DNA of 64,000 nucleotides from an uncultured virus (IMG/VR IMGVR_UViG_3300029309_000007) (IMGVR_UViG_3300029309_000007), one strand, 5' to 3'; positions 26,075 through 36,530 are shown, numbered from the stretch's first letter. The notes: generated by a model not told the origin, from the letters alone. Numbers and translations are program-made.

Positions 26075-26521
26075 ATGAATTTAGAAAAGGATATTATTGA
26101 GACTAGGAGAGCAATTGGAAACTTAAATCAGGTTTCTCATATTTCTTGGTCGCACTATAAAGATGGCGAATTTGATGTAAAATTGCATTTTTCTGGAGAC
26201 AGAATTATTCAAAGAATGTCAAAGGATGATTTAGATATTCTTAAAGATAACTTTAAGAATTTACAAAGAAAAGAAACGATGGTTGATAGATTGGAATTGC
26301 AGGATTCAATCGGAGAACTATTCTTGGAGAATGGTTTTCTTGAGCATCCTCGCAAATGGTCTGTTGATTTATCGGAAGTAGAGTTTATTTCTTTTAAACA
26401 AAACGATGAAAACTTTACTTATTTTGTGAAACTGCATATCAAAGCAAAAGAGATTAGACTCTATTTGGGAACGATGGAAGAAGTGGAACAATTAATTGAA
26501 ATATGGAAACAATACAGGTGA
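26075..26521 (+). CDS. hypothetical protein with an internal duplication (PH-like beta-meander plus helix)
   Basis: NLNQVSHISW..FDVKLHF versus DLSEVEFISF..YFVKLHI; AAGGTGA RBS. Confidence 0.65.
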   Translation: MNLEKDIIETRRAIGNLNQVSHISWSHYKDGEFDVKLHFSGDRIIQRMSKDDLDILKDNFKNLQRKETMVDRLELQDSIGELFLENGFLEHPRKWSVDLSEVEFISFKQNDENFTYFVKLHIKAKEIRLYLGTMEEVEQLIEIWKQYR

Positions 26522-26525
26522 GAAT

Positions 26526-27335
26526 ATGAGCCTAATAAATAAAAAAGGAAATGCAAATACAATGAATTTTGGAGCGAAGCAAGAGGAGTTTAACAATAAG
26601 TTTCAACAACTCATGGCTGAAAAAAGAGCGAACAGAAAGTCAAGACTTGTTCTTGGAATTTGGGGAGAACCCAAAACTGGAAAGACTGGTATTGCCTTAG
26701 ATTTTCCCGACAGAAAAATTTATGTTCTTGATTGGGATAGTGGCGTGGAATCCACATGGATTGAATGCCACGATGCTACGGAAAGAATTGAAGTTTATGA
26801 CCCTATCGTTATGGATAGAGATAATAAGATTGACATTACACAGTCAGAAGAAAATTCTCATAACTTCATACGATATGTTCGTGGAAAAATAGAAGAAGGA
26901 GAAAAGCCGATATTTGTGATGGATGGTGTGGATTCTTGGTTTGACAAGTGTATTTACAAAGTTAATCCTAATCCTACCGTGGTCACGAAAATGATGCCAT
27001 ATCAATATGGGCCGAGAAATAAAACCTTCTATCATCTATTGCAGGCAATCTTTAATCTTAAGTGTGATGTGATTTATATTACTCACGAAGCAGAAAAATA
27101 TGTGGATAATACTCCTACTGGAATTAAACCTGCATGGAAGGATTGGGGCGGAAAGTTAGAACAAGAAATATATTGTTCTAAAAAGAAAGTAAAAGGAGAA
27201 ATGCACTTCTTTGCAGAATTGTATGGTTCTAGGACGAATGGAAACAAAGTCGGAACACGCTGGACTATTCGTGAAGGAACGCCACCTAATATCGTTTGGA
27301 ACGGTATTCCTGATTTACAGGAGGGTAAGATTTGA
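26526..27335 (+). CDS. RecA-fold P-loop ATPase (AAA_24/Sak4-like)
   Basis: GIWGEPKTGKT, VLDWDSG, VMDGVD, YITH. Confidence 0.75.
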   Translation: MSLINKKGNANTMNFGAKQEEFNNKFQQLMAEKRANRKSRLVLGIWGEPKTGKTGIALDFPDRKIYVLDWDSGVESTWIECHDATERIEVYDPIVMDRDNKIDITQSEENSHNFIRYVRGKIEEGEKPIFVMDGVDSWFDKCIYKVNPNPTVVTKMMPYQYGPRNKTFYHLLQAIFNLKCDVIYITHEAEKYVDNTPTGIKPAWKDWGGKLEQEIYCSKKKVKGEMHFFAELYGSRTNGNKVGTRWTIREGTPPNIVWNGIPDLQEGKI

Positions 27336-28099
27336 AGTTCACAACAGAACACCCAAATATAATTGAAGACGCAATTAAGAAAATGGAAGTGAAAGGAAAA
27401 TACTTGAAAGACGGTGGACTTCTTGGAGGAAAACTCAAAGACTATTTCTACTGTTGCCTGAAAGAAAATACTCTTTCATTTTGGAATGGCAATACTACTT
27501 TTATCGTGAATTATGATGTTCAAGTAGAAGGTATTGAAGACGGAGAATTTTTCGGTAGCATTTCAAAAATGCTTGCCTACATGAAAAAATTCCACGGCGA
27601 AACTACTTTTTCCGTTGCCGACTTTATTTCCGTTTCCGATGGAAACAAAAAGGCATCAATTCCAAAAGTAGTAAATCATCCTGATTGGGAAGCCATTGAA
27701 AGAATTAAGGGAATGTTAAGCCATGTTGTTTATCAACCAGCGTTTGATACCCTTTGGCATTTTGGTAAAAGCCAATTTGAAGGAGCATTCCAAATGTTCG
27801 GTAAGAATTTTCAAGAGGCAATTTCACTTCTTGAGTTGTGTAGAAGCGGCGTGTATAAATTGGACTTTGATGGAAATGAATGTTCTTTTTCCTCAAATTC
27901 AGGAATTGAAAACTCGTCTATCGCTCCTGCCTTAGTTCAACGAACAGGGGAACCGGCAACGCTTGAATATTCAAGCCCACTTCATGCTTTCTTTGATAAA
28001 GACGAATTGATTAACTTTTATGTAAGGGACGCTTTCCCTTTACTAATCGTATCACATAATAAAAAAGTATTGAAAGCACCATTTATGGCAGGTAATTAA
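27332..28099 (+). CDS. putative PCNA-like sliding clamp
   Basis: 255 aa, two-domain beta-rich pattern ending FPLLIV..VLKAP; sits between the RFC genes and PolB. Confidence 0.55.
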   Translation: MKFTTEHPNIIEDAIKKMEVKGKYLKDGGLLGGKLKDYFYCCLKENTLSFWNGNTTFIVNYDVQVEGIEDGEFFGSISKMLAYMKKFHGETTFSVADFISVSDGNKKASIPKVVNHPDWEAIERIKGMLSHVVYQPAFDTLWHFGKSQFEGAFQMFGKNFQEAISLLELCRSGVYKLDFDGNECSFSSNSGIENSSIAPALVQRTGEPATLEYSSPLHAFFDKDELINFYVRDAFPLLIVSHNKKVLKAPFMAGN

Positions 28100-28100
28100 A

Positions 28101-29771
28101 ATGATAATTAGCAGATGCATTGACAATAAAACAATATACACATCATGGAGAGAAAATGGCGAAAAGAAGGTAGCGGTTGAATTATTCGCACCATACTTCT
28201 ATTTGCCAGAAGATGCCCAAGAATTTGAAGAATACAAAATCGGTCGGGCCTCTTCTCGGCCTTTTCGTTATGAACATGGAAATTGGGTAAATCTTCAAGA
28301 AGAAAAACTTAAGCGTGTTTATGTTGAGCAATCAACAGATATTTACAATGCCAAGAAAATGTGGCCTAAAACATACGAAGCAGATGTTCCGTATCATTTC
28401 CGATATGCCGTGGATAAAATTGATGAAATGCCAGAATATAAACTGCGAAAGTGGTATTGGGATATGGAATGGCAACAAGGCGGCGAATATCACGATTGCA
28501 TTACAACAATTGTTGTTTATGATAACTACGATGAAAAGTATTACCAATGGTCATGGTTTCCCGAAGATGAATGGGTTCCGAATAAGCAACTTCAAACAAC
28601 TGATAATTTTCAGACAGGTTTTTGCTTTTCAGAAAAAAAGATGATTGAAAGTTTTATTTCTTTTATGACAGAAAAAGACCCTGATATGTTGATTTCTTGG
28701 TTTGGAAATTTTGCTGATGTGCCAATGTTGCTTAAGCGATGTTGTGCATTGGGAATCAACCCCTTGCAGTTATCGCCCATTGGCCGTGTAGAGGGCGTTA
28801 AAAGGACTTCTAAAGGCTTTGAATACACTAAAGGCGACGAAGGGTTCTCTTCAATCAAACAGCCCATAGGGGGCCGCATAACCCTTAACTTAGACCATGC
28901 TTTTGAAAGACAATGGAATGATTCGCAAAGAGGAACTTTGCCTTCTTTGGCTCTTGATTATGTTTCTTCCCTTTTGTTTGGCGAAGGAAAATCCAAAGAA
29001 ACAAAGTTTGCAGACCCTAACGAATTCTATCGTAGGGCTTGGTTGGAGGACACACTAAACTATTTAGATTATGCACTTCAAGATGTTAAACTTCTTGTTA
29101 AAATTGATGAAACGAACTTTTGTAGTGAAGCAATTATTTCATTACAGCGTTTGCTAAAAGCCCCATTCGATGCTTGCTTTTTCGCTTCGCACATGGGTTC
29201 AATTTATTTTATGCGAAATGCTTGGTGGAAAGCCCCAACAGGAAAGAAAGTAGAAAAGCGTGAAGAATATGACGGTGCTATGATTTATGACCCATTAAGC
29301 GAACAAACTCAGGGCTTACATCTTAATGTAGCGGCATTTGACTTTGCAGGGCTATATCCAAGTATGATGATTTCAAGAAACATTTCATGGGAAACAAAGT
29401 CAGAAGAACCGACAGAATTTGCCGTGAATATCTTAACGCCGAGAGACTTCAGCGATGTTAAACATGAGAAGATGTTGTATTACAAAACAGATAAACTTGG
29501 ACTTCTACCAAAGGCTGTTCTTGAATTAAAAGAGTTGCGAAACGAATACAAGGCTCTCTTAAAAGAAGCGAGAAAGAATGCGGATGAAGAAGAGGTTATC
29601 AAATGGAATAATAATCAAATGGCTGTAAAGCGTTTGATGGCTTCATTTTATGGCATTGTTGCCTTTCAAGGATTTGGATGGGCAGATGTTTCTTTAGCCG
29701 CAAGCATTACTGCAAGTGCAAGAGAAGCAATTAGATTAGCGGCATTTAAGGCTAAGGAGATGAATATATGA
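28101..29771 (+). CDS. polB: family B DNA polymerase, N-terminal part (3'-5' exonuclease, motifs A and B)
   Basis: WDME, FADVPML, YALQDV, FDFAGLYPSMMISRNIS, KRLMASFYG. Confidence 0.93.
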   Translation: MIISRCIDNKTIYTSWRENGEKKVAVELFAPYFYLPEDAQEFEEYKIGRASSRPFRYEHGNWVNLQEEKLKRVYVEQSTDIYNAKKMWPKTYEADVPYHFRYAVDKIDEMPEYKLRKWYWDMEWQQGGEYHDCITTIVVYDNYDEKYYQWSWFPEDEWVPNKQLQTTDNFQTGFCFSEKKMIESFISFMTEKDPDMLISWFGNFADVPMLLKRCCALGINPLQLSPIGRVEGVKRTSKGFEYTKGDEGFSSIKQPIGGRITLNLDHAFERQWNDSQRGTLPSLALDYVSSLLFGEGKSKETKFADPNEFYRRAWLEDTLNYLDYALQDVKLLVKIDETNFCSEAIISLQRLLKAPFDACFFASHMGSIYFMRNAWWKAPTGKKVEKREEYDGAMIYDPLSEQTQGLHLNVAAFDFAGLYPSMMISRNISWETKSEEPTEFAVNILTPRDFSDVKHEKMLYYKTDKLGLLPKAVLELKELRNEYKALLKEARKNADEEEVIKWNNNQMAVKRLMASFYGIVAFQGFGWADVSLAASITASAREAIRLAAFKAKEMNI

Positions 29772-29968
29772 ATAAGTTCTTTGCAGAAAAGATTTTAATT
29801 ATATTAGAAAACATGGATGGTCAGTTCACAGCCAACCAAGTTAGAGATAGAGTAATTAACCAATTTGGACACATGCACTATATAGAAAACACTACATCAG
29901 TTGGTGCGTTCTTAGGAAGGTATTGTGTCAATTTGGGAAATAGAATGTGGACAAAAAAGGAGGAATAA
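29768..29968 (+). CDS. small wHTH-like protein between the PolB halves
   Basis: FTANQVRDRV..TTSVGAFL..W. Confidence 0.55.
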   Translation: MNKFFAEKILIILENMDGQFTANQVRDRVINQFGHMHYIENTTSVGAFLGRYCVNLGNRMWTKKEE

Positions 29969-29970
29969 TT

Positions 29971-30174
29971 ATGGATAAATCAGAAAAATATTATTTGGAA
30001 ACGATGAAAGAAATCAAGGAGATTAAGAAATTTATCAAAGAGGAGATAGATTCTCTTTATGCAGATTTACAAAATCTGCAAGAAACTCGTCGCTTGATTA
30101 CAGAATTGCAGGAAGAAGTAGCAAAACTCGCAGGTGAACCTGTCGGTATGTTGTTTTCAAAATACCGAGCGTGA
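29971..30174 (+). CDS. small coiled-coil protein between the PolB halves
   Basis: GGAGG RBS; heptad-like sequence. Confidence 0.55.
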   Translation: MDKSEKYYLETMKEIKEIKKFIKEEIDSLYADLQNLQETRRLITELQEEVAKLAGEPVGMLFSKYRA

Positions 30175-30178
30175 AACT

Positions 30179-31132
30179 ATGAAAGTGGTTTATGGACATA
30201 CAGATTCAATCTATGTTCAAATTGATGATGTAGATAAAGCAAAGGAAGCAATTAAGGTGATTGAAGATGAAGTCAGAAAAAGTTTCCCGAATGTTCTCGG
30301 ACTTGAACAGCATCCCGTCGTTTTGGAATTTGAAAAATTCTATTCGGCGTTGGGTGTCGGAACGACGAAAAACAGAAACGCAGGACTGATTATTTGGGAT
30401 GATGGTATTTATCTTGATAAACCAAAATTCACAATGACAGGATTTACTGCAAAGCGGGTTAGTGAAACCAAGTTGGCGAAAGAAACGCAAACAGATGTCC
30501 TAAAGATGTGGGTCGAAAATAAAAGCGAAAAAGAGGTCATTAAGCACTTGCATACTATCTATACAAATGTGTTAAAAGGAAATGTAGAATTGAGTGCGAT
30601 TGCTAAAAAAAGCAGATTGAAGCAACAAAGATTCAAAGTGTTTTGTCCCAACTGTAAAAAACAATTTGATATGCGAGAAGAATTGCCACTTGATTCTCAC
30701 ATTAAGCGGGTGGAAAATGGCATACCAGAATTTTGCGATACTCACAAAAAATATTTTGTTGGGCAACAAGCAGAAAAATACGATAAGAAATTACGCAAGA
30801 AAGTAAAATATAATAAGCGTGTTTCTGTTGCTTCTGGTGTGGCCGGTATTATGTATGCTTTGCAGAACAAAGAAATGAAGTTTGAAGATTCTTATGTGTT
30901 TATTCGCACATCTGATAATTTAACTTTCAAACATCCATTGACAGATGAGGAAAAGCCAGCAGATTATGTCGCAGGTATAACCTTTGAGGATTTGGCTTCT
31001 TATACGCCCGACTATGAATACTACGCAGAACAAGTTAAGAAGAAGGCCGAACCCGTATTTAATGCGATGGGCTGGGACTTGACGGCCATTAAAAGCGGCA
31101 AAATACAGAAAACATTGGAGGAATGGTTTTGA
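30179..31132 (+). CDS. polB: family B DNA polymerase, C-terminal part (motif C, thumb)
   Basis: VVYGHTDSIYV, LEFEK, KNR, DYEYYAEQ, and PIP-box-like QKTLEEWF. Confidence 0.9.
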   Translation: MKVVYGHTDSIYVQIDDVDKAKEAIKVIEDEVRKSFPNVLGLEQHPVVLEFEKFYSALGVGTTKNRNAGLIIWDDGIYLDKPKFTMTGFTAKRVSETKLAKETQTDVLKMWVENKSEKEVIKHLHTIYTNVLKGNVELSAIAKKSRLKQQRFKVFCPNCKKQFDMREELPLDSHIKRVENGIPEFCDTHKKYFVGQQAEKYDKKLRKKVKYNKRVSVASGVAGIMYALQNKEMKFEDSYVFIRTSDNLTFKHPLTDEEKPADYVAGITFEDLASYTPDYEYYAEQVKKKAEPVFNAMGWDLTAIKSGKIQKTLEEWF

Positions 31133-32034
31133 ATACAGACGAAAGATATGATGCGACGATAGCCGCCATGAGAGAATACACATACCAATGGAACCCCGAA
31201 AGTTTTGAAGACCCTTCAAAACCTATTTTAAAGATTACAAAATCTTCATTGGGTTCGTTTGATTGGTGTCCTAAAAAATATGAGTTTTCTTATGTTCAGC
31301 GACTACCACAAGACCAAACAGATGCTATGCTAAAAGGAACAGTTTTACATAATATTCGTGAAGACTTCTTTAATGAGTTTGATTTAAAGAAGGCAGAAAA
31401 TTTGTCAAGCGATGAAGTTTATGAATATTGTGTTGGGCTTATGCCAATCAACGACTATATGGATTTATCTTTGACTATGGCTGCTTTTGAAGCACAAAGG
31501 TATATTGAATCAAGAGCAGAAGGCAAAACGGGCGAATACCTTCCTGTATGTAATGAAGGTAAATTTGATGCGGAGATTGTTATACGAGCAAACGCAAATC
31601 CAAAGTTCCCCTTGCTTAGAGACTATACCATTCACATCCAAGGAATTATTGACAGAATCTTTCAAGAAGAAGCGGGCTATATTCCGTTTGAGTTTAAAAC
31701 TGGGGCTTGGAAAGATTACAAGAAAACTTCTATGAGAAAAGAAATGGCTTTCTATCAGTTGCTTATTGAAAATGCAGAACCAGAGGTTTTGATTAAAAAT
31801 GGGCTTGACCCTGAAATTGGAGTATCGCATTGGGGTTGGTATTATCCCGCTTCAAATTATGTTTTTGCAGAGGAAGCAAAGAAAAGAACAATGACTTCGG
31901 TTATGAATAATATTGCTAAACTTATTTGGCATTATGAACAAGAACATTTCCCGACGAAGTTCTTTTACAAAACCTGTTCTTGGTGTAGTTTCTTTGGTAT
32001 TTGTGATTCTGCTCAGGCTGATTCTTGGGTGTGA
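31123..32034 (+). CDS. Cas4-like PD-(D/E)XK exonuclease with an Fe-S cluster
   Basis: SSLGSFDWCPKKY, GTVLH, GIIDRI, EFKTG, CSWCSFFGIC. Confidence 0.85.
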   Translation: MVLNTDERYDATIAAMREYTYQWNPESFEDPSKPILKITKSSLGSFDWCPKKYEFSYVQRLPQDQTDAMLKGTVLHNIREDFFNEFDLKKAENLSSDEVYEYCVGLMPINDYMDLSLTMAAFEAQRYIESRAEGKTGEYLPVCNEGKFDAEIVIRANANPKFPLLRDYTIHIQGIIDRIFQEEAGYIPFEFKTGAWKDYKKTSMRKEMAFYQLLIENAEPEVLIKNGLDPEIGVSHWGWYYPASNYVFAEEAKKRTMTSVMNNIAKLIWHYEQEHFPTKFFYKTCSWCSFFGICDSAQADSWV

Positions 32035-32413
32035 TATTTTGAATAGAGATTTAATCAAACTCAAAGTATTATCAAGGTCTTGGTCATTTTCAGAAATATC
32101 TAATCTTAAAGAGACAATTAACTATATTTGTGAAGAAGTCTATAACGAATCAACTATTGGTGAAAGGTTTGAGTTAATACGAGAATTAAAAATCAATGAT
32201 GTGTTTATTGGTAAGACCTTTGAGGACGCATTTAGAGAAGCAATTAAAATACAACTTAGTGGAGACATAGCAGGAGTTATTACTGAAATGTTAGGCAAAG
32301 CAACAATTAACTTTGGAGGAAATAAAAATGAAATATCCGAGAGAAGTCTGGGCGGGGAGCCACATTCCCAACGCACCTCAGATGAAAAGAAAAATAGTAA
32401 AAACAAGAAATGA
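31913..32413 (+). CDS. hypothetical protein (true start probably downstream)
   Basis: Track ORF filling the gap between the nuclease and the primase. Confidence 0.45.
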   Translation: MLNLFGIMNKNISRRSSFTKPVLGVVSLVFVILLRLILGCDILNRDLIKLKVLSRSWSFSEISNLKETINYICEEVYNESTIGERFELIRELKINDVFIGKTFEDAFREAIKIQLSGDIAGVITEMLGKATINFGGNKNEISERSLGGEPHSQRTSDEKKNSKNKK

Positions 32414-33374
32414 ATATATTAATTTTGTTCGGGCGCAAAACAACCGTACAAATGTATATACGACTGTCTATGATTTTGAAGAATTTACAGATAGTGCTAA
32501 AATTGAATCTTCTGTGGTTGTTGATAGAATCTTTTTAGATTTTGATGGGCACGAAGAAGATATTTCTATGGCATATAGAGATGTAAAATTTATTATGGAC
32601 TGGGTTATAGAAAAATCATACGAGCATACTCTTTTCTTTTCTGGTCGTGGATTTCATTTATTTATTTTTGGTGAACCGGCAGAATCTATTCGCTCTATTC
32701 AAACCTTCTTTCGTGAAATCAAAAATAAATTGAAAGACAGATATGGTGAAAATTCACTTGATGAAAGAGTCGGACAAACCACACGATTAAGAAGAATACC
32801 AAATACTGTGAATATGTCTTCATCTGATGAAAACAACAATCCATACTTTTGTGTTCCTTTGTTCTATGATGACCTTAGTTTGCCTCTTGAAGAAATTTTG
32901 AGTATTGCTAAGAAACCAAGGCAAATACCCTTCAAGATTAGCGGAAATGCCAAGGCCATTTTTCCAAACGCTCCCCCTATTGAGAGCGTAGAGGGCGAGG
33001 TTTCTGTGCCTATCCATGAAGGAAAACTCCCATTATTGCCCTGTCTTCACAATGCAGTTATGTCGGAGAATCCTTCACATATTGCAAGAGCATACCTTGT
33101 TTCTTGGTATAGAGATTTACTTACTCAAAGAAAACCATTGGTCGCTCAAGAAGATAAACAGTTTGTCCTTGACCGAATAGTTGAAGAAATTAAAACGGTC
33201 TTTGGAATAAAAGAAGATGTGTGGTTAGATTGGGATGAAAGAACCACAAGAAAGCATGCTAAATTTACAGTTTTCAATAATTACAAAACGCCTAACTGTA
33301 AAACGAAATTAATCCCAGAAGGATATTGTATTGGAAGATGCTGGCGGTATCCTGATTTTTTGGATGGTGAATAA
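32328..33374 (+). CDS. archaeo-eukaryotic primase, PriS fused to a PriL-like Fe-S domain
   Basis: LDFD, FSGRGFH, RLRRIPNT; then LPCL..SHIAR..YKTPNC..GYCIGRC. Confidence 0.85.
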   Translation: MKYPREVWAGSHIPNAPQMKRKIVKTRNEYINFVRAQNNRTNVYTTVYDFEEFTDSAKIESSVVVDRIFLDFDGHEEDISMAYRDVKFIMDWVIEKSYEHTLFFSGRGFHLFIFGEPAESIRSIQTFFREIKNKLKDRYGENSLDERVGQTTRLRRIPNTVNMSSSDENNNPYFCVPLFYDDLSLPLEEILSIAKKPRQIPFKISGNAKAIFPNAPPIESVEGEVSVPIHEGKLPLLPCLHNAVMSENPSHIARAYLVSWYRDLLTQRKPLVAQEDKQFVLDRIVEEIKTVFGIKEDVWLDWDERTTRKHAKFTVFNNYKTPNCKTKLIPEGYCIGRCWRYPDFLDGE

Positions 33375-34070
33375 ATGTTAATCATAGATAGTAGAGAAAA
33401 GGAAGGGTCAAAATTAGTTGGTCTTGTAGAGTTAAAGGCAAAGTCTCTTAATATTCCATATGAAAAAAAATGGATTGAAATTGGGGATTATGTTTATGGA
33501 GATTTGTGTTTTGAAGCAAAATCAACAACAGATTTTCTTGGGTCTGTTATGTCCAAAAGATTATGGACTCAATTAGACAATATGGATAGAGCATACAAAA
33601 CAAATATTGTTATTGTATATGGTAGTGTTGAAGAAGCCATTTTTAATATCAAGAGATACAGTAAATCACAAATTCGTGAACCTGCTAGAAGTATCATGTT
33701 AAGGAATAAATTCTTTGCCGCCATCGGCAGAATTACTTTAGATACAGATATTAAACCATTTTGGGTGAAAAGTGAAGAAGAAGCCTCTTCAATTATTACA
33801 GCAATTTGTAAAATGAAGCCGGTTGATAGGGCTGTGATTCGTCCTGAAATATTTAAGAGAATCACAACAGATGATTTACGCATAGATATGCTAACTTGTA
33901 TTAAAGGTGTATCTGTCAAGAAAGCAAAAGCATTACTGAAAGAATTTGGTTCGGTAATGGAAATTGGTGAATGCTCAGAATTTGAAATTCAAGCAGTAGA
34001 TGGTATCGGTGAAACCATAGCCAAAAGAATACTCGCCACATTAAATGCCGAAGAGAAGGTGAAAATATGA
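33375..34070 (+). CDS. ERCC4/XPF-type nuclease with HhH motifs
   Basis: IDSRE, IGDY, FEAKS..DF, IKGVSVKKA, VDGIGETIA. Confidence 0.88.
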   Translation: MLIIDSREKEGSKLVGLVELKAKSLNIPYEKKWIEIGDYVYGDLCFEAKSTTDFLGSVMSKRLWTQLDNMDRAYKTNIVIVYGSVEEAIFNIKRYSKSQIREPARSIMLRNKFFAAIGRITLDTDIKPFWVKSEEEASSIITAICKMKPVDRAVIRPEIFKRITTDDLRIDMLTCIKGVSVKKAKALLKEFGSVMEIGECSEFEIQAVDGIGETIAKRILATLNAEEKVKI

Positions 34071-35563
34071 ATGAAGAATTTAATGAAGAAGAATACATGA
34101 ACGAATATACAGAAAACTTAGAAAAGGCTACGCATATTCTACCGTCTATTGTAAGCGGTTTTATTGATGATGCTTGTAAGGTTTCTCACATGAATGAGAT
34201 TCCTGCGGCTCTTTCGTTCTTTACAATTTTAGGACAACTTGCGAAAGATTTCGTAGTTATCCCAAATGGACAAAGCCGAGAAGATACAAGAATACATTTC
34301 TTGCAGATTCAAACATCAGGAACAGGTAAATCCACCCTATACAATTTTACTGGCCCCGTAGCAAAAAGAACTTTTGAGGGAATAAACAAAAAGAACATCC
34401 ATCCAACAAATTTACCTTTGGCTTTGGAAACAGGCGATTTTGAAGGGCCAAAAGCATTTGATGTGATGTCTGTTGTTGATTATACCGATGCAGGTCTTTT
34501 GTCTGCTATGGCAGAAGTTGAGTTTGAAGAAGAAGACGATAATGGAAATCTACGGAGAAGAAGAGAAATGCGAAGAGTCGGTGGTATTCTTGAAGGAAGC
34601 GGATTAGCACATTGGGATGAATTTGAATATTCGGGTGTTTTCTCTACATCCGAACACAAGAAAAGTGCGATTGTGTATTTGAATACTCTAATGAATACTC
34701 TTGCTGGTGAGAACTGGGTAATCACAAAAAAGTTAAAAGAAGGAGATATTCAAAAGACTTTTTGTGAAAGGTCTGTTTTGGCTATGACTTATCCGCCAAA
34801 GAAACTTGAAGAAGTTATGACGCATAAAGGTGTCCTTCAAAGAATGATTGTGTATGTTTGGGATGTTCCAGACTTTATTCAAGATAAAATGCGGAAGACA
34901 CAAATTCTCAAAGCAGGTAAGATTGAGGAAGTTAATCAACCAATTGATAAATATGTCGGTGCCTTACTTAAATTGTATGATGCTCTTTATCAAAGGTATG
35001 AAGATGTTGGTAGAGACTTAACTCAAACTGTTCAATTTGCAGATGATTTTACCGACGCTTACATGTTTAGGTATGAACAAATGCAATCTTTTATTGAAAG
35101 AGAAAAACCACAAGTGAGAGAGATTGCGAGCAACTTTACCACCCGTTTGCTCAAAATGCTTCTAAAGTTGTCTGTTCTGAACTGTATAGCAGAAAGCCCT
35201 CAATACTCCAAAGATGAAGATAAGTTCATTGTGAACAGCCGTCATGTGTCTCAAGCGGCCTTTCTCATCCAAAACTGTTATAGCAGACTTACGATGTGGT
35301 TAGGTTCAGCCCTACGAGTCCGTCGTAGGGAAGAACTTGCTAATTCAAAGCAAACTAATTTAGAAGGTGTTTATCTAAAGATGAAAGATAAAGACGAAGA
35401 AGGATATGTTAGTAAGAAACTATTTATGGATGCTTATGTTAAAAGTGAAAAAGTCTCACAAGTTCAAGCATATAGAGACTATAAGAAACACCGAGAACTA
35501 TTTGTTGAAGATAAGGTCGGTAGGTCAGTATTCTTAAAATTAAGAGGAGAGGAAAAAGAATGA
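34067..35563 (+). CDS. MCM-like AAA+ replicative helicase
   Basis: TSGTGKS, TDAGL, HWDEF, VLQR, TTRLL; C-terminal wHTH-like region. Confidence 0.7.
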   Translation: MNEEFNEEEYMNEYTENLEKATHILPSIVSGFIDDACKVSHMNEIPAALSFFTILGQLAKDFVVIPNGQSREDTRIHFLQIQTSGTGKSTLYNFTGPVAKRTFEGINKKNIHPTNLPLALETGDFEGPKAFDVMSVVDYTDAGLLSAMAEVEFEEEDDNGNLRRRREMRRVGGILEGSGLAHWDEFEYSGVFSTSEHKKSAIVYLNTLMNTLAGENWVITKKLKEGDIQKTFCERSVLAMTYPPKKLEEVMTHKGVLQRMIVYVWDVPDFIQDKMRKTQILKAGKIEEVNQPIDKYVGALLKLYDALYQRYEDVGRDLTQTVQFADDFTDAYMFRYEQMQSFIEREKPQVREIASNFTTRLLKMLLKLSVLNCIAESPQYSKDEDKFIVNSRHVSQAAFLIQNCYSRLTMWLGSALRVRRREELANSKQTNLEGVYLKMKDKDEEGYVSKKLFMDAYVKSEKVSQVQAYRDYKKHRELFVEDKVGRSVFLKLRGEEKE

Positions 35564-35778
35564 AATGGGAAAACACAAACATCATTTTTGATGTGTCAAA
35601 AGGGCCAAAAGTAATTATTGAAACATTAAATACTTATGGTGAAGACGGTTGGGAAATGTGTTCTATGTTAAATGTAGCAGGAACTAAAATCGTCGCTTTC
35701 TTAAAAAGACGCATTGATGTTGAAGAAACAACCAATAAGGAAGAAGAAAAATTAAGCAAACTTTGGTCAGGTGAGTAA
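35560..35778 (+). CDS. DUF4177-like small protein
   Basis: MKWE..LNTYGEDGWEMCS..AFLKR. Confidence 0.75.
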   Translation: MKWENTNIIFDVSKGPKVIIETLNTYGEDGWEMCSMLNVAGTKIVAFLKRRIDVEETTNKEEEKLSKLWSGE

Positions 35779-36372
35779 TTGTCTGTAATGGCTTTAGATA
35801 TTGAGACAAAAAACATGTCTCACGAAATTGGCGGATTTGGCAATACGCATATGTTTCAGGTATCTACTGTTGCTACTTGGGATGGCTCAAATGGTGTGGT
35901 TTATGCTGATGTTCCTGTTGATTCGTTAGCAAAGTCTGGCTATATCGTAAAGCCACTATCCGAATTAAAATATGATTTAGATGAGCATTTGACAAAAGGC
36001 GGAACAGTTTTAGGACATAATATTGCCGCATTTGATTTGGCTATCCTTAGAGACTCAATGGATATTCATTGTATTAATAAATGTATTACAAATAAACAAT
36101 ACATTGATACCAGCAAAGATTTAGTTTCGCTTCACGGTGAGAGAATCCCCCTTAGCAATCTTGTTAAATGTTCTCTCGGTGATTCAAAACTTATGGATAG
36201 TGCAGATGCCCCCAAATTATGGAAAATGGGCGAGTATGAAAAAGTTGCAGAATATTGTATGAAAGACACAAAGTTGGTTTATGACCTTTGGAAGTATGGT
36301 CAAGAGAACGGAATTGTTAAAGCGTTCTCAATTGAAAAAGAAGAATTTGTAGATTTAGAGGTGAATTGGTAA
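35779..36372 (+). CDS. DEDD/RNase H-fold 3'-5' exonuclease
   Basis: ALDIETK, GHNIAAFD, YIDT, YCMKD. Confidence 0.85.
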   Translation: MSVMALDIETKNMSHEIGGFGNTHMFQVSTVATWDGSNGVVYADVPVDSLAKSGYIVKPLSELKYDLDEHLTKGGTVLGHNIAAFDLAILRDSMDIHCINKCITNKQYIDTSKDLVSLHGERIPLSNLVKCSLGDSKLMDSADAPKLWKMGEYEKVAEYCMKDTKLVYDLWKYGQENGIVKAFSIEKEEFVDLEVNW

Positions 36373-36530
36373 TGACGACTTGGGAATGGTTCGGCCTATT
36401 TATTTTCTTAATTGTTTTGACCTTGCTGTTCTTTGCAGCGTTTGGTGGTTCTAATATTGATAGCCAAAACATTGAAGAATACATGGACAATCTTTTAAAT
36501 GAAGGTAAAAGGGACGGAAGTAAAAAATGA
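36372..36530 (+). CDS. 52-aa single-TM protein (not in ORF track)
   Basis: MTTWEWFGLFIFLIVLTLLFFAAFGGSNIDSQNIEEYMDNLLNEGKRDGSKK; GAGGTGA RBS. Confidence 0.65.
   Translation: MTTWEWFGLFIFLIVLTLLFFAAFGGSNIDSQNIEEYMDNLLNEGKRDGSKK

Noticed and set aside
29740..30200. Split intein or group I intron in PolB
   Set aside because: There is no Cys/Ser-initiated IntN or HN-terminated IntC. The gap is filled by two ORFs with RBSs rather than intron core structure.
31123..32034. Cas4-like gene as a sign of CRISPR-Cas
   Set aside because: I saw no repeat-spacer array or other cas genes. Solo Cas4-like nucleases are common in archaeal viral replication modules.
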